Source: Alkalilimnicola ehrlichii MLHE-1 (GTDB lineage Bacteria; Pseudomonadota; Gammaproteobacteria; Nitrococcales; Halorhodospiraceae). Taken from it: a stretch of DNA of 32,000 nucleotides. Below the pieces are notes generated by a model. That model was not told the origin of the DNA and made no database searches. It saw nothing but the letters and a program-made list of their open reading frames with translations. The DNA is taken from positions 2,280,001-2,312,000 of the forward strand of contig NC_008340.1 of NCBI RefSeq assembly GCF_000014785.1, written 5' to 3'. Made by a program: the position numbers and the translations under genes. Each line of letters opens with the position of its first letter. Positions within the stretch are counted from its first letter, which is position 1. Of this stretch, positions 9,727 to 18,496 are shown piece after piece.

Positions 9727-9950
9727 TCATCCCCCTCCAGTCCCATCTCCCGGAACAGTGCCAGGGTCCGCTCGGCCTCTGCGCGGTCCAGGCGGCTGAT
9801 GGCGAACCCCACGTGCAGAATGACGAACTCACCCTCGGTCACGCCCTCAACCAGACTGACATCCACCGTTTTCCGCACCCCGCCGGCATCGACCAGGGCA
9901 GCCCCGTCCTCCTTCAGCTCGAGCACCTCCACAGGTATTGCCAGACACAT
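9723..9950 (-). CDS. hypC: Hydrogenase maturation chaperone HypC
   Basis: Start set to the ATG at 9950 so the protein begins MCLAIP, with the essential Cys at position 2. The track start at 9956 adds MA in front. About 75 aa. Confidence 0.9.
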   Translation of the reverse strand: MCLAIPVEVLELKEDGAALVDAGGVRKTVDVSLVEGVTEGEFVILHVGFAISRLDRAEAERTLALFREMGLEGDE

Positions 9951-9956
9951 AGCCAT

Positions 9957-12278
9957 TTACCTCACGGTTTGTAACGCCACCCAGGCTTGTCCAAGACTCA
10001 ACCCGGCGTCGTTGGGCGGCGCCTGTCGGGCCTGGTATACACTCAGGCCAGCGTGTTCCAGTCGCATGCAAAGATCGCGCATCATCACCTGATTGGCACA
10101 GCACCCTCCCGCGATCGCCACTCGTTTCTGCCCTGCTTTCTCTGCCGCCCGACACAACCAGTCAGCCAGGCCGGCAGCCAGCGTGGCGTGGAACAGAGCA
10201 GCTCCGAACCCGCGTTCCGAGCTCCGGGTCAGCTCCGCAAGCAAGGGACGAAAGTCGAGCCCCTCCTGATCCAACGTCCAGCCCCCCTCCCATGCCGGAA
10301 CCGCCCCATGCTCGGCAGCAAGACCTTCGAGCAGCATGGCGGCCTGTCCCTCGAACCGGCTGACCGCCTTCACCTTGAGTAGGCCCGCCGCGGCATCGAA
10401 CAAGCGTCCAAGGCTACTGGTCCGCGGGCAGCGGGTGCCCGTAGCCAGCATTCCGGCCAGCCCTTGTGCACGGGGATGTTCCGGGAACCATGCGGGAATC
10501 CGCTCGCCCCAACCGAGCTCGTGCAGCGCGGCCGCAGCCATGCGCCAGGGTTCCCGGGCAGCCCGGTCCCCCCCCGGCAAAGGCAGAGGGCGCAGGAAAC
10601 CAAGGCGGCGAAAGCCGCCCCTACCATCAAGGGCGAGCAGTTCGCCCCCCCAGGGCTCGCCGTTATCCCCAAACCCCACGCCATCCAGTGCTGCACCCAA
10701 CATCGGGCCTTCCAGGCCATGCTCGGCCTGCACTGCGGCCAGATGCGCATGATGGTGCTGCACCCTGACCAAGGGGATCGCCCACTCCGCCGCTAAGCGG
10801 GCAGCCAGGGCACTGCTGTAAAAATCAGGATGACGGTCACAGGCGACGCAGTCGGGCCTGACCGCCAACACCCTCTGCAGATGGGCTACGGTGTCGTCCA
10901 AGGCTCGACAGGTAGCGGCGTTGTCCAGATCCCCAACGTGCTGGGATATGTACGCCTGGTCACCGCGTGTCAGGCAAACGGTGTTCTTCAGATGGCCGCC
11001 GGTAGCGAGGACCGGCGGCCCGCCACGGGGCAATCGGATCGGCGATGGGGTGACCCCCCGGCCACGGCGAAGGTACACGGCCCGTCCCTCTGCCTGACGA
11101 ACCACGCTGTCGTCGCAACGCACCAGAATGTCCCGGTCATGCACCAGCAGCGCATCCGCCAGGCCAGAAAGACGGCGCACAGCGTCCTGGTTATCCGTGA
11201 CCAGAGGCTCTCCGCCAGGGTTGGCGGAGGTACAGACCCACACCGGCTGCCCGGTGCCGGACAACCAAGCCAATCCCATCGGGCGTCCGGCGGCTTCGTG
11301 AAACAGCAGGTAATGCAAAGGCGTATACGGCAACATCACGCCCAGCCAAGGCATCCCTGGCGCCACGCCAGGCAGTTGCCGATCCACGGTGGGACGCTTC
11401 CCAGCCAGCAGGATTGGACGGTCGACGCCCGCCAGCAGGTGGCGCTCGCCTGGGGCCAGTCGTACCAGCCTCTCGGCTGCCTCAATGCCGGGGACCATGA
11501 CGGCGAAGGGCTTCTCGGACCGCCGTTTGCGGGTCCGCAGACGCGCAACAGCTTCCGGGTTTCCGGCATCGCACAGGAGATGGAAGCCGCCCAACCCTTT
11601 GATCGCGAGGATCTGTCCGCTGGTCAACCGGTCGACCGTGGCCGCAAGTACGTCCCCCACGGGCAGCGGATGTCCGTCACCGTCAAGTAGTTGCAGACTG
11701 GGGCCGCACTCCGGGCAGGCATTCGGCTGGGCATGGTACCGGCGATCGCCGGCGTCCTCATACTCCGCCAGACACCGGGGGCATTGGGGGAATTTGGCCA
11801 TGCTGGTCCGGACCCGGTCGTAGGGCAGTCCGGAGGTGAGTGTGTACCGTGGGCCGCAGTGGGTGCAGTTGATAAAAGGGTAACGGTAGCGCCGGTCTGC
11901 CGGATCGAACAGCTCTTCGAGACAGGCATCACAAACCGCCGCATCCGGCGTGATTTCGGTTGCCACCGCACCGCCGCTGCTGGGCCGGATACGAAACCCA
12001 CGCTCCCGGGGCTGCAAAGGGCAGGGGTTCTCTACCACCGCCTCGATGCGGGCCAGGGGCGGTGCCTGCTCTCGCAGAGCCACCATAAACCGGGCAAGCT
12101 GCGACCCGCCTCCCTGGACCTCCAGGCTGACGCCGCCCGCATCGTTGCGGACCCAACCACTAACGTTGCAGCTGTCAGCAAGGCACTTGACGAAAGGCCG
12201 GAAGCCCACACCCTGGACCCGGCCGCATACGCGGACTGCCAGACGCTTGGGCACCGAATGCCGGCTGACCGCATTCAT
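9957..12278 (-). CDS. hypF: Carbamoyltransferase HypF
   Basis: Trimmed to the ATG at 12278 (MNAVSRHSVPKRLAVRVCGRVQGVGFRPFV, an acylphosphatase domain), 1 nt after the hypB stop. It has two CxxC-x18-CxxC zinc fingers (CDACLEEL...CTHCGP; CPRCLAEY...CPECGP), a YrdC-like domain (ILAIKGLGGFHL) and a Kae1-like C-terminal domain. Confidence 0.95.
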   Translation of the reverse strand: MNAVSRHSVPKRLAVRVCGRVQGVGFRPFVKCLADSCNVSGWVRNDAGGVSLEVQGGGSQLARFMVALREQAPPLARIEAVVENPCPLQPRERGFRIRPSSGGAVATEITPDAAVCDACLEELFDPADRRYRYPFINCTHCGPRYTLTSGLPYDRVRTSMAKFPQCPRCLAEYEDAGDRRYHAQPNACPECGPSLQLLDGDGHPLPVGDVLAATVDRLTSGQILAIKGLGGFHLLCDAGNPEAVARLRTRKRRSEKPFAVMVPGIEAAERLVRLAPGERHLLAGVDRPILLAGKRPTVDRQLPGVAPGMPWLGVMLPYTPLHYLLFHEAAGRPMGLAWLSGTGQPVWVCTSANPGGEPLVTDNQDAVRRLSGLADALLVHDRDILVRCDDSVVRQAEGRAVYLRRGRGVTPSPIRLPRGGPPVLATGGHLKNTVCLTRGDQAYISQHVGDLDNAATCRALDDTVAHLQRVLAVRPDCVACDRHPDFYSSALAARLAAEWAIPLVRVQHHHAHLAAVQAEHGLEGPMLGAALDGVGFGDNGEPWGGELLALDGRGGFRRLGFLRPLPLPGGDRAAREPWRMAAAALHELGWGERIPAWFPEHPRAQGLAGMLATGTRCPRTSSLGRLFDAAAGLLKVKAVSRFEGQAAMLLEGLAAEHGAVPAWEGGWTLDQEGLDFRPLLAELTRSSERGFGAALFHATLAAGLADWLCRAAEKAGQKRVAIAGGCCANQVMMRDLCMRLEHAGLSVYQARQAPPNDAGLSLGQAWVALQTVR

Positions 12279-12279
12279 C

Positions 12280-13227
12280 TCACCGACCCGCACCCGCAGC
12301 CCGAAGACGGCGCAACTCCGCTTCCATCGCCGCCACCCGATTACGCAGCGTCGCCACCGTTTCCTCGCGAGCTGCGCTGGCGCGAGCCACACCACGCTCA
12401 ACCCAACCAACCCACTCCGCAAGCCCTTCACCGCTTTGGGCCGAGACTTGCATGATCTGGATGTCGGGGTTCACCTGTCGCGCATAGCTCAGACAGCGCT
12501 CAACGTTAAAGTCAACGTGGGGTAGCAGGTCAATCTTGTTCAGCAGCAGCAGATCCGCCGCATCGAACATATCAGGATACTTAAGCGGTTTATCCTCCCC
12601 CTCAGTTACGGAGAGGACCGCAACCTTATGGTTCTCTCCGAGATCGAACGCGGCAGGACAGACCAGGTTACCGACATTCTCGATCATCAGGACGCCATCC
12701 TGCAGCTCCGGGATACGCTCCAGCGCATGCCCCACCATGTGACCGTCCAAATGGCAGCCCTTGCCGGTGTTCACCTGGACTGCAGTCACACCGGTGGCCC
12801 GGATCCGCGCCGCATCATGATCCGTCTGCTGATCGCCCTCGATCACCGCCACCGGCAACCGCTCCCGCAACGCACGGATCGTGGCCGTGAGCAGCGTGGT
12901 CTTGCCTGAGCCGGGACTAGACACCAGATTCAGTACGAAAAGGCCCCGGTCCCGGAATTGCTGACGATTGGCCTCTGCATAGCGATTGTTCTTGGCGAGG
13001 ATGTCCTGCTCGATGCGCACCATGCGGCTTGGGCTCATCCCGGGTGCGTGCGCATGGTGCGCTTGAGCACCGTCAGCGCCATCGCTCGGGGCATCCACCG
13101 CAAGCCCGGCAGCCGCGGCAGCAACAGGATGTCCCCGCGGCTCATCGGCTGGGTCGTGACCATGGTGGTGGGTCACTTCACCGTCCACGCGGGTCTCATC
13201 AGCCCCGCAACCGCATACCGTACACAT
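12280..13227 (-). CDS. hypB: Nickel-inserting GTPase HypB
   Basis: N-terminal MCTVCGCG (CxxCGC high-affinity Ni motif), followed by a His-rich linker (HHHGHD...HHAH). G-domain with the GSGKTT P-loop and ENVGNLVCP. Shares 1 nt (TGATG) with the hypA stop. Confidence 0.95.
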   Translation of the reverse strand: MCTVCGCGADETRVDGEVTHHHGHDPADEPRGHPVAAAAAGLAVDAPSDGADGAQAHHAHAPGMSPSRMVRIEQDILAKNNRYAEANRQQFRDRGLFVLNLVSSPGSGKTTLLTATIRALRERLPVAVIEGDQQTDHDAARIRATGVTAVQVNTGKGCHLDGHMVGHALERIPELQDGVLMIENVGNLVCPAAFDLGENHKVAVLSVTEGEDKPLKYPDMFDAADLLLLNKIDLLPHVDFNVERCLSYARQVNPDIQIMQVSAQSGEGLAEWVGWVERGVARASAAREETVATLRNRVAAMEAELRRLRAAGAGR

Positions 13228-13568
13228 CAGTCCACCTCCAGATCCTTGATCCGTAGTTCATCGCCACCAATCACCTGCAACTGATAGCTGCCACAATCAG
13301 GGCAGGCATCAAACCGGCGCCTGACGGCGACCCTTTCCCCGCATCCGAGACAGAATGCCTGCCCTGGTCGTTGAACAATCTCAAGTCGCGCCCCGTCCGC
13401 AAGCGTATCGCGGCAAACGACGTCAAAACCGAAATACATTGCGTCGAGCTCCACCCCGGCCAGTTCCCCCACCTCCAGGCGAACCGTCCGCACCCGACTG
13501 AACATCTGACGACGCGCCTCTTCCTCCAGGATTTGCAGAATCCCCTCACAAAGCGACATCTCATGCAT
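13227..13568 (-). CDS. hypA: Nickel metallochaperone HypA
   Basis: 113 aa starting [10 protein letters not shown] (MHE Ni-binding N-terminus). Zn site CLGCG...CPDCGS. Confidence 0.95.
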   Translation of the reverse strand: MHEMSLCEGILQILEEEARRQMFSRVRTVRLEVGELAGVELDAMYFGFDVVCRDTLADGARLEIVQRPGQAFCLGCGERVAVRRRFDACPDCGSYQLQVIGGDELRIKDLEVD

Positions 13569-14707
13569 CAGTGGACCTCCACCCGGCTGCCGACACAGGG
13601 GTTCAGAGCCAGCACTGCCAGTTCCGCAAGCCGCCGGACCCCCTCCGCCGGGCCTCCGCCTGGTCGCTCACGAAGCCCGCTCACCAAGACACCCCGGGGA
13701 TGAAAGTTCCATTCGGTGGGGGCGACAACGGCATAATCCGCGACCTGGCCCCTGTGCAACCGCACCCAATGCAGCAGAAGACCGCGGGCCGTATCCACGA
13801 TGCCACAGCCGGTGCCCGTGACCTGACCCACCTCCTCGGAAACAGGTTCAACGCCTATTGCCCGTAGGGCATTGCGCAGGCGGCCGGGCAGAACCAATAG
13901 TTCCAGCACCGCGGCCAAGAGGCGGGGCAGGATTCCCGGGCCATGGCGGGCGAGCACCCCCTGGAGTGCCGGGTTCGCCCGCTGGCGGGCGAAGGGTCCA
14001 GTCTCCCGTAGCCCAGCCTGGGCCGTGCCGGATTCGCCTGCCTCGTCTCGCGGGTCGAGGGGCCATACCGCAAGGTCGCGTGAACCTTGCAAGCAGTCGC
14101 CCACGGCGCGTAAACCAGCCGGCTCCAACGACGGCAAACTAGCCACACCAAAGCCCTGCGGCACCTCATCACGCACCCAGCGCAGCGCCGCCGCCACTTC
14201 GCTATCGCAGCAATCCAGCCAGCTATCGACGTCGGCGCTGTCGGCCAGTACCGAGGTCCCCACGATTTCGAACAAGGCAGACTCCAGCCGGTTTACGGCG
14301 GCGTCGCGCCCCCTTATGTCATCACCCACCGCGCACATTACCCCCCGCAAGGCCCTGTTGGCTTCGCTAAGCCCTGCCGGCGTGCCCTTCAGCAACTGTC
14401 GAGGCAGACACAGCCCCAGCCGCCAAAGGTGCTCGCGGATCCACTCCAGCAGAACACCGGGGTGCTCTTGGACACCCGCCCCCCCACCGCGCTGCACGCC
14501 CGCACCCGCCAGCGCCGCGCGCGCAGCGGTTGCCTGCGCCTCGCCGCACACACCGAACAGCAGCCGCATGCGCCCCGGCACATAGCCGGCGGCCGAACCC
14601 CGCAGTAGGTCACCCACCCAAGGTGGACGCCGTCCCTGCAGAACGACTTCGTTGATCCGACCGCGCCGCCGATGAAGCTGCAGCACCAATTCCGCGCCCG
14701 AAGACAT
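13568..14707 (-). CDS. hupK: HupK/HoxV large-subunit-like scaffold for cofactor assembly
   Basis: 379 aa, rich in Ala, Arg and Gly. Both ends resemble a degenerate large subunit. FGVCGEAQ retains one Cys of RxCGxC, and NPCVGSRVEVH at the C-terminus retains one Cys of DPCxxC. It sits between hupJ and hypA. Confidence 0.8.
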   Translation of the reverse strand: MSSGAELVLQLHRRRGRINEVVLQGRRPPWVGDLLRGSAAGYVPGRMRLLFGVCGEAQATAARAALAGAGVQRGGGAGVQEHPGVLLEWIREHLWRLGLCLPRQLLKGTPAGLSEANRALRGVMCAVGDDIRGRDAAVNRLESALFEIVGTSVLADSADVDSWLDCCDSEVAAALRWVRDEVPQGFGVASLPSLEPAGLRAVGDCLQGSRDLAVWPLDPRDEAGESGTAQAGLRETGPFARQRANPALQGVLARHGPGILPRLLAAVLELLVLPGRLRNALRAIGVEPVSEEVGQVTGTGCGIVDTARGLLLHWVRLHRGQVADYAVVAPTEWNFHPRGVLVSGLRERPGGGPAEGVRRLAELAVLALNPCVGSRVEVH

Positions 14708-15183
14708 CAGCGCCCCTCATCGTCGAAACGGCCCGTCAGCACGGCCCGGCGACTATGACCCGACGGACGACATACCGCGCGCAAGGCCGCCTCCGCTACC
14801 ATCCGAAAGCTGTCCTGGTCCTCCACCCGCTCAACGGGCGACATAATGGAACAGGCCTGAAAGGTGCCGATGCCGGCCGCCCTGCAAACATGAAACAAGT
14901 AAACGCCCGCCGGCAGGGCCCAATGCTGCTCGCTCCGTTCGGGCAGTTGTTCCCAGTCCTCGCCTTCGCCGGGCATAAGGATCAGGTTGAGGAACCAAGG
15001 ACTGAGCAGTGCCCCGAACGGTCGCCCCTGGTAACGATGGAATCCCACAGCCTCGACCGTCAGTGCCGGATTGGCCAGGGCTATCTCAGCCATTTGTTCA
15101 GCCTGAACACGGTGGAATGCCGCTTCCAGTAGCCGGACTTGTTGCGTCAGCCACGTGTCGCGATTCATCGCCGGATCCTTCAT
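14707..15183 (-). CDS. hupJ: HupJ/HoxT (HybE-family) hydrogenase assembly chaperone
   Basis: 158-aa ORF directly after the rubredoxin gene. The call rests on position in the hupGHIJK block and HybE-like size. ATGA and TGATG overlaps with its neighbours. Confidence 0.75.
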   Translation of the reverse strand: MKDPAMNRDTWLTQQVRLLEAAFHRVQAEQMAEIALANPALTVEAVGFHRYQGRPFGALLSPWFLNLILMPGEGEDWEQLPERSEQHWALPAGVYLFHVCRAAGIGTFQACSIMSPVERVEDQDSFRMVAEAALRAVCRPSGHSRRAVLTGRFDDEGR

Positions 15184-15404
15184 AAGTCGTCCGGAACCAC
15201 CATGAACTGTTCCCGTGCCCCCTCACAGACGGGACAGACCCAGTCAGATGGCAGGTCGGCGAATGGCGTGCCTGCGGCAACCTGGGACTCGGGGTCGCCT
15301 TCCTCCGGATCGTAGACATACCAGCAGATCTTGCACTCCATGCGCGTCTCTGGGGCGATACGGCTGGCGTCCCCCAAGTAGGAGCCCTCGAAGGTGGGGG
15401 TCAT
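15180..15404 (-). CDS. hupI: Rubredoxin-type protein HupI/HoxR
   Basis: 74 aa with a rubredoxin fold signature: CKICWYVYDPEEGDP ... DWVCPVCEG (two CxxC pairs). Confidence 0.92.
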   Translation of the reverse strand: MTPTFEGSYLGDASRIAPETRMECKICWYVYDPEEGDPESQVAAGTPFADLPSDWVCPVCEGAREQFMVVPDDL

Positions 15405-16237
15405 CGCGTCACCTCCAATACTTCAGCCACTCGATCAGCGCTGTCAGCAATATCCTCGGGTGCTGCACAAACCACGTCCGGCACAGCCACGACCTCAAGG
15501 GTGTTGAGGATGAGGACGTCCACTGAATTGAAGTACTGCACCCACCAGACTCCGGCAGTCATCGTGGCGGTCACCCTGCAGTTCCCGTATCCCCGCGACA
15601 GTACCGCGGTCTCACTACGACCCAGCGCCTCGTCCAGGCATTCATGGTCTTCCGGCGTCAAGGGCAGTAGGCTGAGATTAATGACATGGCGCCCGTTGTT
15701 CGATAGAACATCAAGATGTTCCGTGAGCTCGCTCAGGACGCCGGGCGCGTTCATTACACCTTCCGGCCACTGCTCCGGTAACCGCGGCGCCGGCGAGGCT
15801 TCCGCGAAGGCGTTCAGCAAACAATCCGGCACCGGCCCGATCTCCAGGCGGTCTCTCCCAGCCGCCGCATCCGCAACCCGCCAGACACCGGCAAACACCG
15901 ATTCCTGGGCGACCACACCATGCCCCGGAAGGCGTGCGCTGACCTCGCCATCCCCAAGTACCTCATCCAGTAGTCTGCGTTCCGCGTCGGAGAGCGTCGA
16001 TACATCGAGATGGATGTTCCGCTCATCCGGCTGCCAGCGCCGGGCCCCGGCGATCACGCTTTCCAGGCAACGCAGGGTCCCCTCCCGGTCGCTCAGCACC
16101 TCGGGATCGGGGAGCACCGCCGGGGAGAATGTGCCCATCCCTTTTGGCATCGGCAGATAATCCAGCCCTGGCTCCTCAAAGCCGCTGCCCGCGGGGCCGG
16201 AGAGGGGGTGTTCCACATGCCCATCCTGGTTCGACAT
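15401..16237 (-). CDS. hupH: HupH/HoxQ (HyaF-family) hydrogenase maturation protein
   Basis: Trimmed to the ATG at 16237 (MSNQDGHVEHP), with AGGAGG 4 nt upstream. 278 aa, located between hupG and hupI. Family assignment rests on position and size. Confidence 0.78.
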   Translation of the reverse strand: MSNQDGHVEHPLSGPAGSGFEEPGLDYLPMPKGMGTFSPAVLPDPEVLSDREGTLRCLESVIAGARRWQPDERNIHLDVSTLSDAERRLLDEVLGDGEVSARLPGHGVVAQESVFAGVWRVADAAAGRDRLEIGPVPDCLLNAFAEASPAPRLPEQWPEGVMNAPGVLSELTEHLDVLSNNGRHVINLSLLPLTPEDHECLDEALGRSETAVLSRGYGNCRVTATMTAGVWWVQYFNSVDVLILNTLEVVAVPDVVCAAPEDIADSADRVAEVLEVTR

Positions 16238-16245
16238 AACGCCTC

Positions 16246-16683
16246 CTATGAATTGCAACCGGTGGCCGATGAGGCCCCGCCACTTACAGGAATACCCACC
16301 GACGGTGGCCGACGTACCGGCCCCTCGAGCAATCGATTCAGCTCTTCGAGGAAGACCAACCAGTCCCTCATACCCTCGATACAACCCAGGTAGCCCCCAT
16401 CACGCAGCACCACCAGGGCTGGCCACCGGCGCACACCGAAACGCCGCCCGACAGCCTTTTCCGAATCCTGGCTTACCACGGCGGCCTGCAGCCGCCCTCC
16501 CATAGCCGTCAGGAGTTCCGGCAACACCACCGCAAAATCCCCGCTTTCCCGCACACGCCCGGGATCTCCGGCCAGCAACAACATTGCCTCGCCGGCCTGC
16601 TCTGCCCACTCCTCCACCCCGGCCTCATTGACCCGAGGCAGGCCATGCTCCTCAGTCAGTTGATCCAGCAGGATTTGGCTCAT
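16246..16683 (-). CDS. hupG: HupG/HoxO (HyaE-family, thioredoxin-like) small-subunit chaperone
   Basis: Start set to the ATG at 16683 (MSQILLDQL), with GGAGG 8 nt upstream. 145 aa with a HyaE-like layout (LLLAGDPGR...VVLPEL...WPALVVLRDG). Confidence 0.78.
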   Translation of the reverse strand: MSQILLDQLTEEHGLPRVNEAGVEEWAEQAGEAMLLLAGDPGRVRESGDFAVVLPELLTAMGGRLQAAVVSQDSEKAVGRRFGVRRWPALVVLRDGGYLGCIEGMRDWLVFLEELNRLLEGPVRRPPSVGIPVSGGASSATGCNS

Positions 16684-17038
16684 AAATCTTGCCTCCAACA
16701 CTATGTCGTTGAGCGCTTTCAGGTTGACTTCCGTCGCCGTCATCCTGCGGCCTGAGGTGTGCCGGCAGTTGCGGCTCACGTCCTTCGAGATCCTGAAACA
16801 GGCCCGCAACTGTTACACCGGCACGCGCTGCCTCAAGCGCCTCCAGTGCCGTGGCGATCTCTGCGGCGCGCTGCCCGTCGATGACCTCCCGTGCCGTGTC
16901 GATATGCACCAGCAGCCAGCTACCCACAGGCTGCGGGCCGACCAGCATCAGGTCCACCCGAGCCACACCCTGGCAACCTTCTGCGAGCGCCCAGGTACCG
17001 TGACACTCCAATACCCGCATCGGTATGCCAATGCACAT
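16652..17038 (-). CDS. hupF: HupF/HoxL, HypC paralogue dedicated to the MBH large subunit
   Basis: Begins MCIGIPMRV (HypC-family Cys2). 128 aa, so it has a long C-terminal tail relative to HypC. Shares 1 nt with the hupD stop and overlaps the hupG start by 32 nt. Confidence 0.85.
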   Translation of the reverse strand: MCIGIPMRVLECHGTWALAEGCQGVARVDLMLVGPQPVGSWLLVHIDTAREVIDGQRAAEIATALEALEAARAGVTVAGLFQDLEGREPQLPAHLRPQDDGDGSQPESAQRHSVGGKIYEPNPAGSTD

Positions 17039-17664
17039 CAGGCTTGCCCCCTAACGGCCAGAACACGCGGATCACCATAGCGGCAGGCTGCCCCCTCATC
17101 CGGCCGATCCGCCTCGTAGCGGGCCATATCCAGAGCGGAATCGTTCAGCCGCGGCCTGGCGGACCGGCAGCGCGGCGCGGGCGATACCCCCCATTCGCGA
17201 AGGCAATCCAACGCAATCGCCAGTGCCTCCGGCACCCGGGCCTTGACACTCGCCCGAAGGCTACCGCCGTAATCCTCCAGCTCCTCGGGTTGAACCCCGA
17301 TCAATACGAGGGCCTCAGGCAGTTGACCCAAGAGGTCCGCCGTTGCGAGGACCTCTTGAAAGCCTGTCTGATGAAGGCTCATTTTCTTGGCGCCCATGAA
17401 CTTCGGAACATCCGCACCACGAACCACCTTGAGGGTGCCCGGCGGCAAGGCGTAATCCACCGCATCGAATACGAGCAGGCGGTGTGCGGCCGTCACGTAC
17501 TCCAGCAGATACAACCCCTGGGTGCCGCCATCGAGGAGCCGTACCCGATCCTCCGGCAGGTCATACTCCGCCGCCAGCGCCTCTGCGGCACGCACACCGA
17601 AACCCTCATCCGCCCAGAGCAGGTTGCCGATGCCCAACACGAGAATGTCTGGTTCCTGTCCCAT
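17038..17664 (-). CDS. hupD: Hydrogenase maturation endopeptidase HupD/HoxM
   Basis: Trimmed to the ATG at 17664 (MGQEPDILVLGIGNLLWADEGFGVR, the HybD/HyaD-family N-terminus), with GGAGG 10 nt upstream. The track's 349-aa version runs back through hupC. Confidence 0.9.
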   Translation of the reverse strand: MGQEPDILVLGIGNLLWADEGFGVRAAEALAAEYDLPEDRVRLLDGGTQGLYLLEYVTAAHRLLVFDAVDYALPPGTLKVVRGADVPKFMGAKKMSLHQTGFQEVLATADLLGQLPEALVLIGVQPEELEDYGGSLRASVKARVPEALAIALDCLREWGVSPAPRCRSARPRLNDSALDMARYEADRPDEGAACRYGDPRVLAVRGQA

Positions 17665-17726
17665 CGGTTCACATCCTCCGATTCTCTGCCGGACCCCACG
17701 CCGAGCCCGGCAACAGAGTGCCCAAC

Positions 17727-18449
17727 TCAATCGCGCCGATTGTCTTTGAACAGACGGTGGCCACTGACCATCGTGCTGATGATGCTCTGCCGCGACATAA
17801 TGTCCTCTCGGAACGCCACGTAAATGTGGACGATCACAAAGAGCACGATCCAGTACATTCCCAGGTGGTGCCATGAGTGCAGCAACTGAGTATTCCCAAA
17901 GAGAGGGATCAGCCACCCGAACAGGGCGTCCTGCCAGCTTCCTTGGCCCGCGCCCTCGGCATACAGAGCAAAGCCTGTAAAGATCATGAATACTGAACCG
18001 AGGGTCATGAACAGAAACATCGCGAGTTGTGCCAGAGGATTGTGGCCCACATACTTCTTGGGTTCCCGCTCCAAGAACAGGTACCAACGCAGTTCCCTAC
18101 CGACCTCGCGCCACCAGCTCCCTCGGTAGAGCGGCAACTTAAAGAGCTGCCTCGCATGCTCATTACCCACCAGGGCCCAATAAATCCGCCCCAGGAAGCC
18201 GATCGCAAATATGTACGCGGCGGTAAAGTGGGCAAATCGGATGTAACCCAACAGGTAATTATCAATCGCTTCCCCCGGCCGGCTCGCCGGGGGATGGGCA
18301 ATAAGATACCCCGTCGCTATCAGAACGATGATGCAAAGTGCATTCACCCAATGCCACAGACGCAATGGGGCCTCATAAACGTAAAGCTCCTTCCACTTCT
18401 CCTGTTTTGTTGATGTGCCACCTTTCACTTCTTCTTCTGCTGTAGCCAT
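17727..18449 (-). CDS. hupC: Ni/Fe-hydrogenase b-type cytochrome subunit HupC/HoxZ
   Basis: 240 aa with four hydrophobic helices and conserved His residues (RLWHWVNALCIIVL, FAHFTAAYIF, WHHLGMYWIVLFVIVHIY). GGAGG 8 nt upstream of the ATG. Confidence 0.93.
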   Translation of the reverse strand: MATAEEEVKGGTSTKQEKWKELYVYEAPLRLWHWVNALCIIVLIATGYLIAHPPASRPGEAIDNYLLGYIRFAHFTAAYIFAIGFLGRIYWALVGNEHARQLFKLPLYRGSWWREVGRELRWYLFLEREPKKYVGHNPLAQLAMFLFMTLGSVFMIFTGFALYAEGAGQGSWQDALFGWLIPLFGNTQLLHSWHHLGMYWIVLFVIVHIYVAFREDIMSRQSIISTMVSGHRLFKDNRRD

Positions 18450-18464
18450 AACTCTATCCTCCCA

Positions 18465-18487
18465 GGAGGCCCCGCCCGGGGCCCTCC
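18465..18487 (-). other. GC-rich stem-loop in the hupL-hupC intergenic spacer
   Basis: The mRNA-sense sequence GGAGGGCCCCGGGCGGGGCCUCC folds as 5 + 4 bp with one bulged G and a 4-nt loop. No U-tract follows, and the hupC SD lies just downstream. Confidence 0.5.
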
Positions 18488-18496
18488 ATACACCGC

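Noticed and set aside
17665-18087. 5' extension of the hupD ORF (349-aa version in the track)
   Set aside because: The extension runs through the 3' half of hupC in another frame. The conserved protease N-terminus MGQEPDILVLGIGN starts at 17664, with its own GGAGG.
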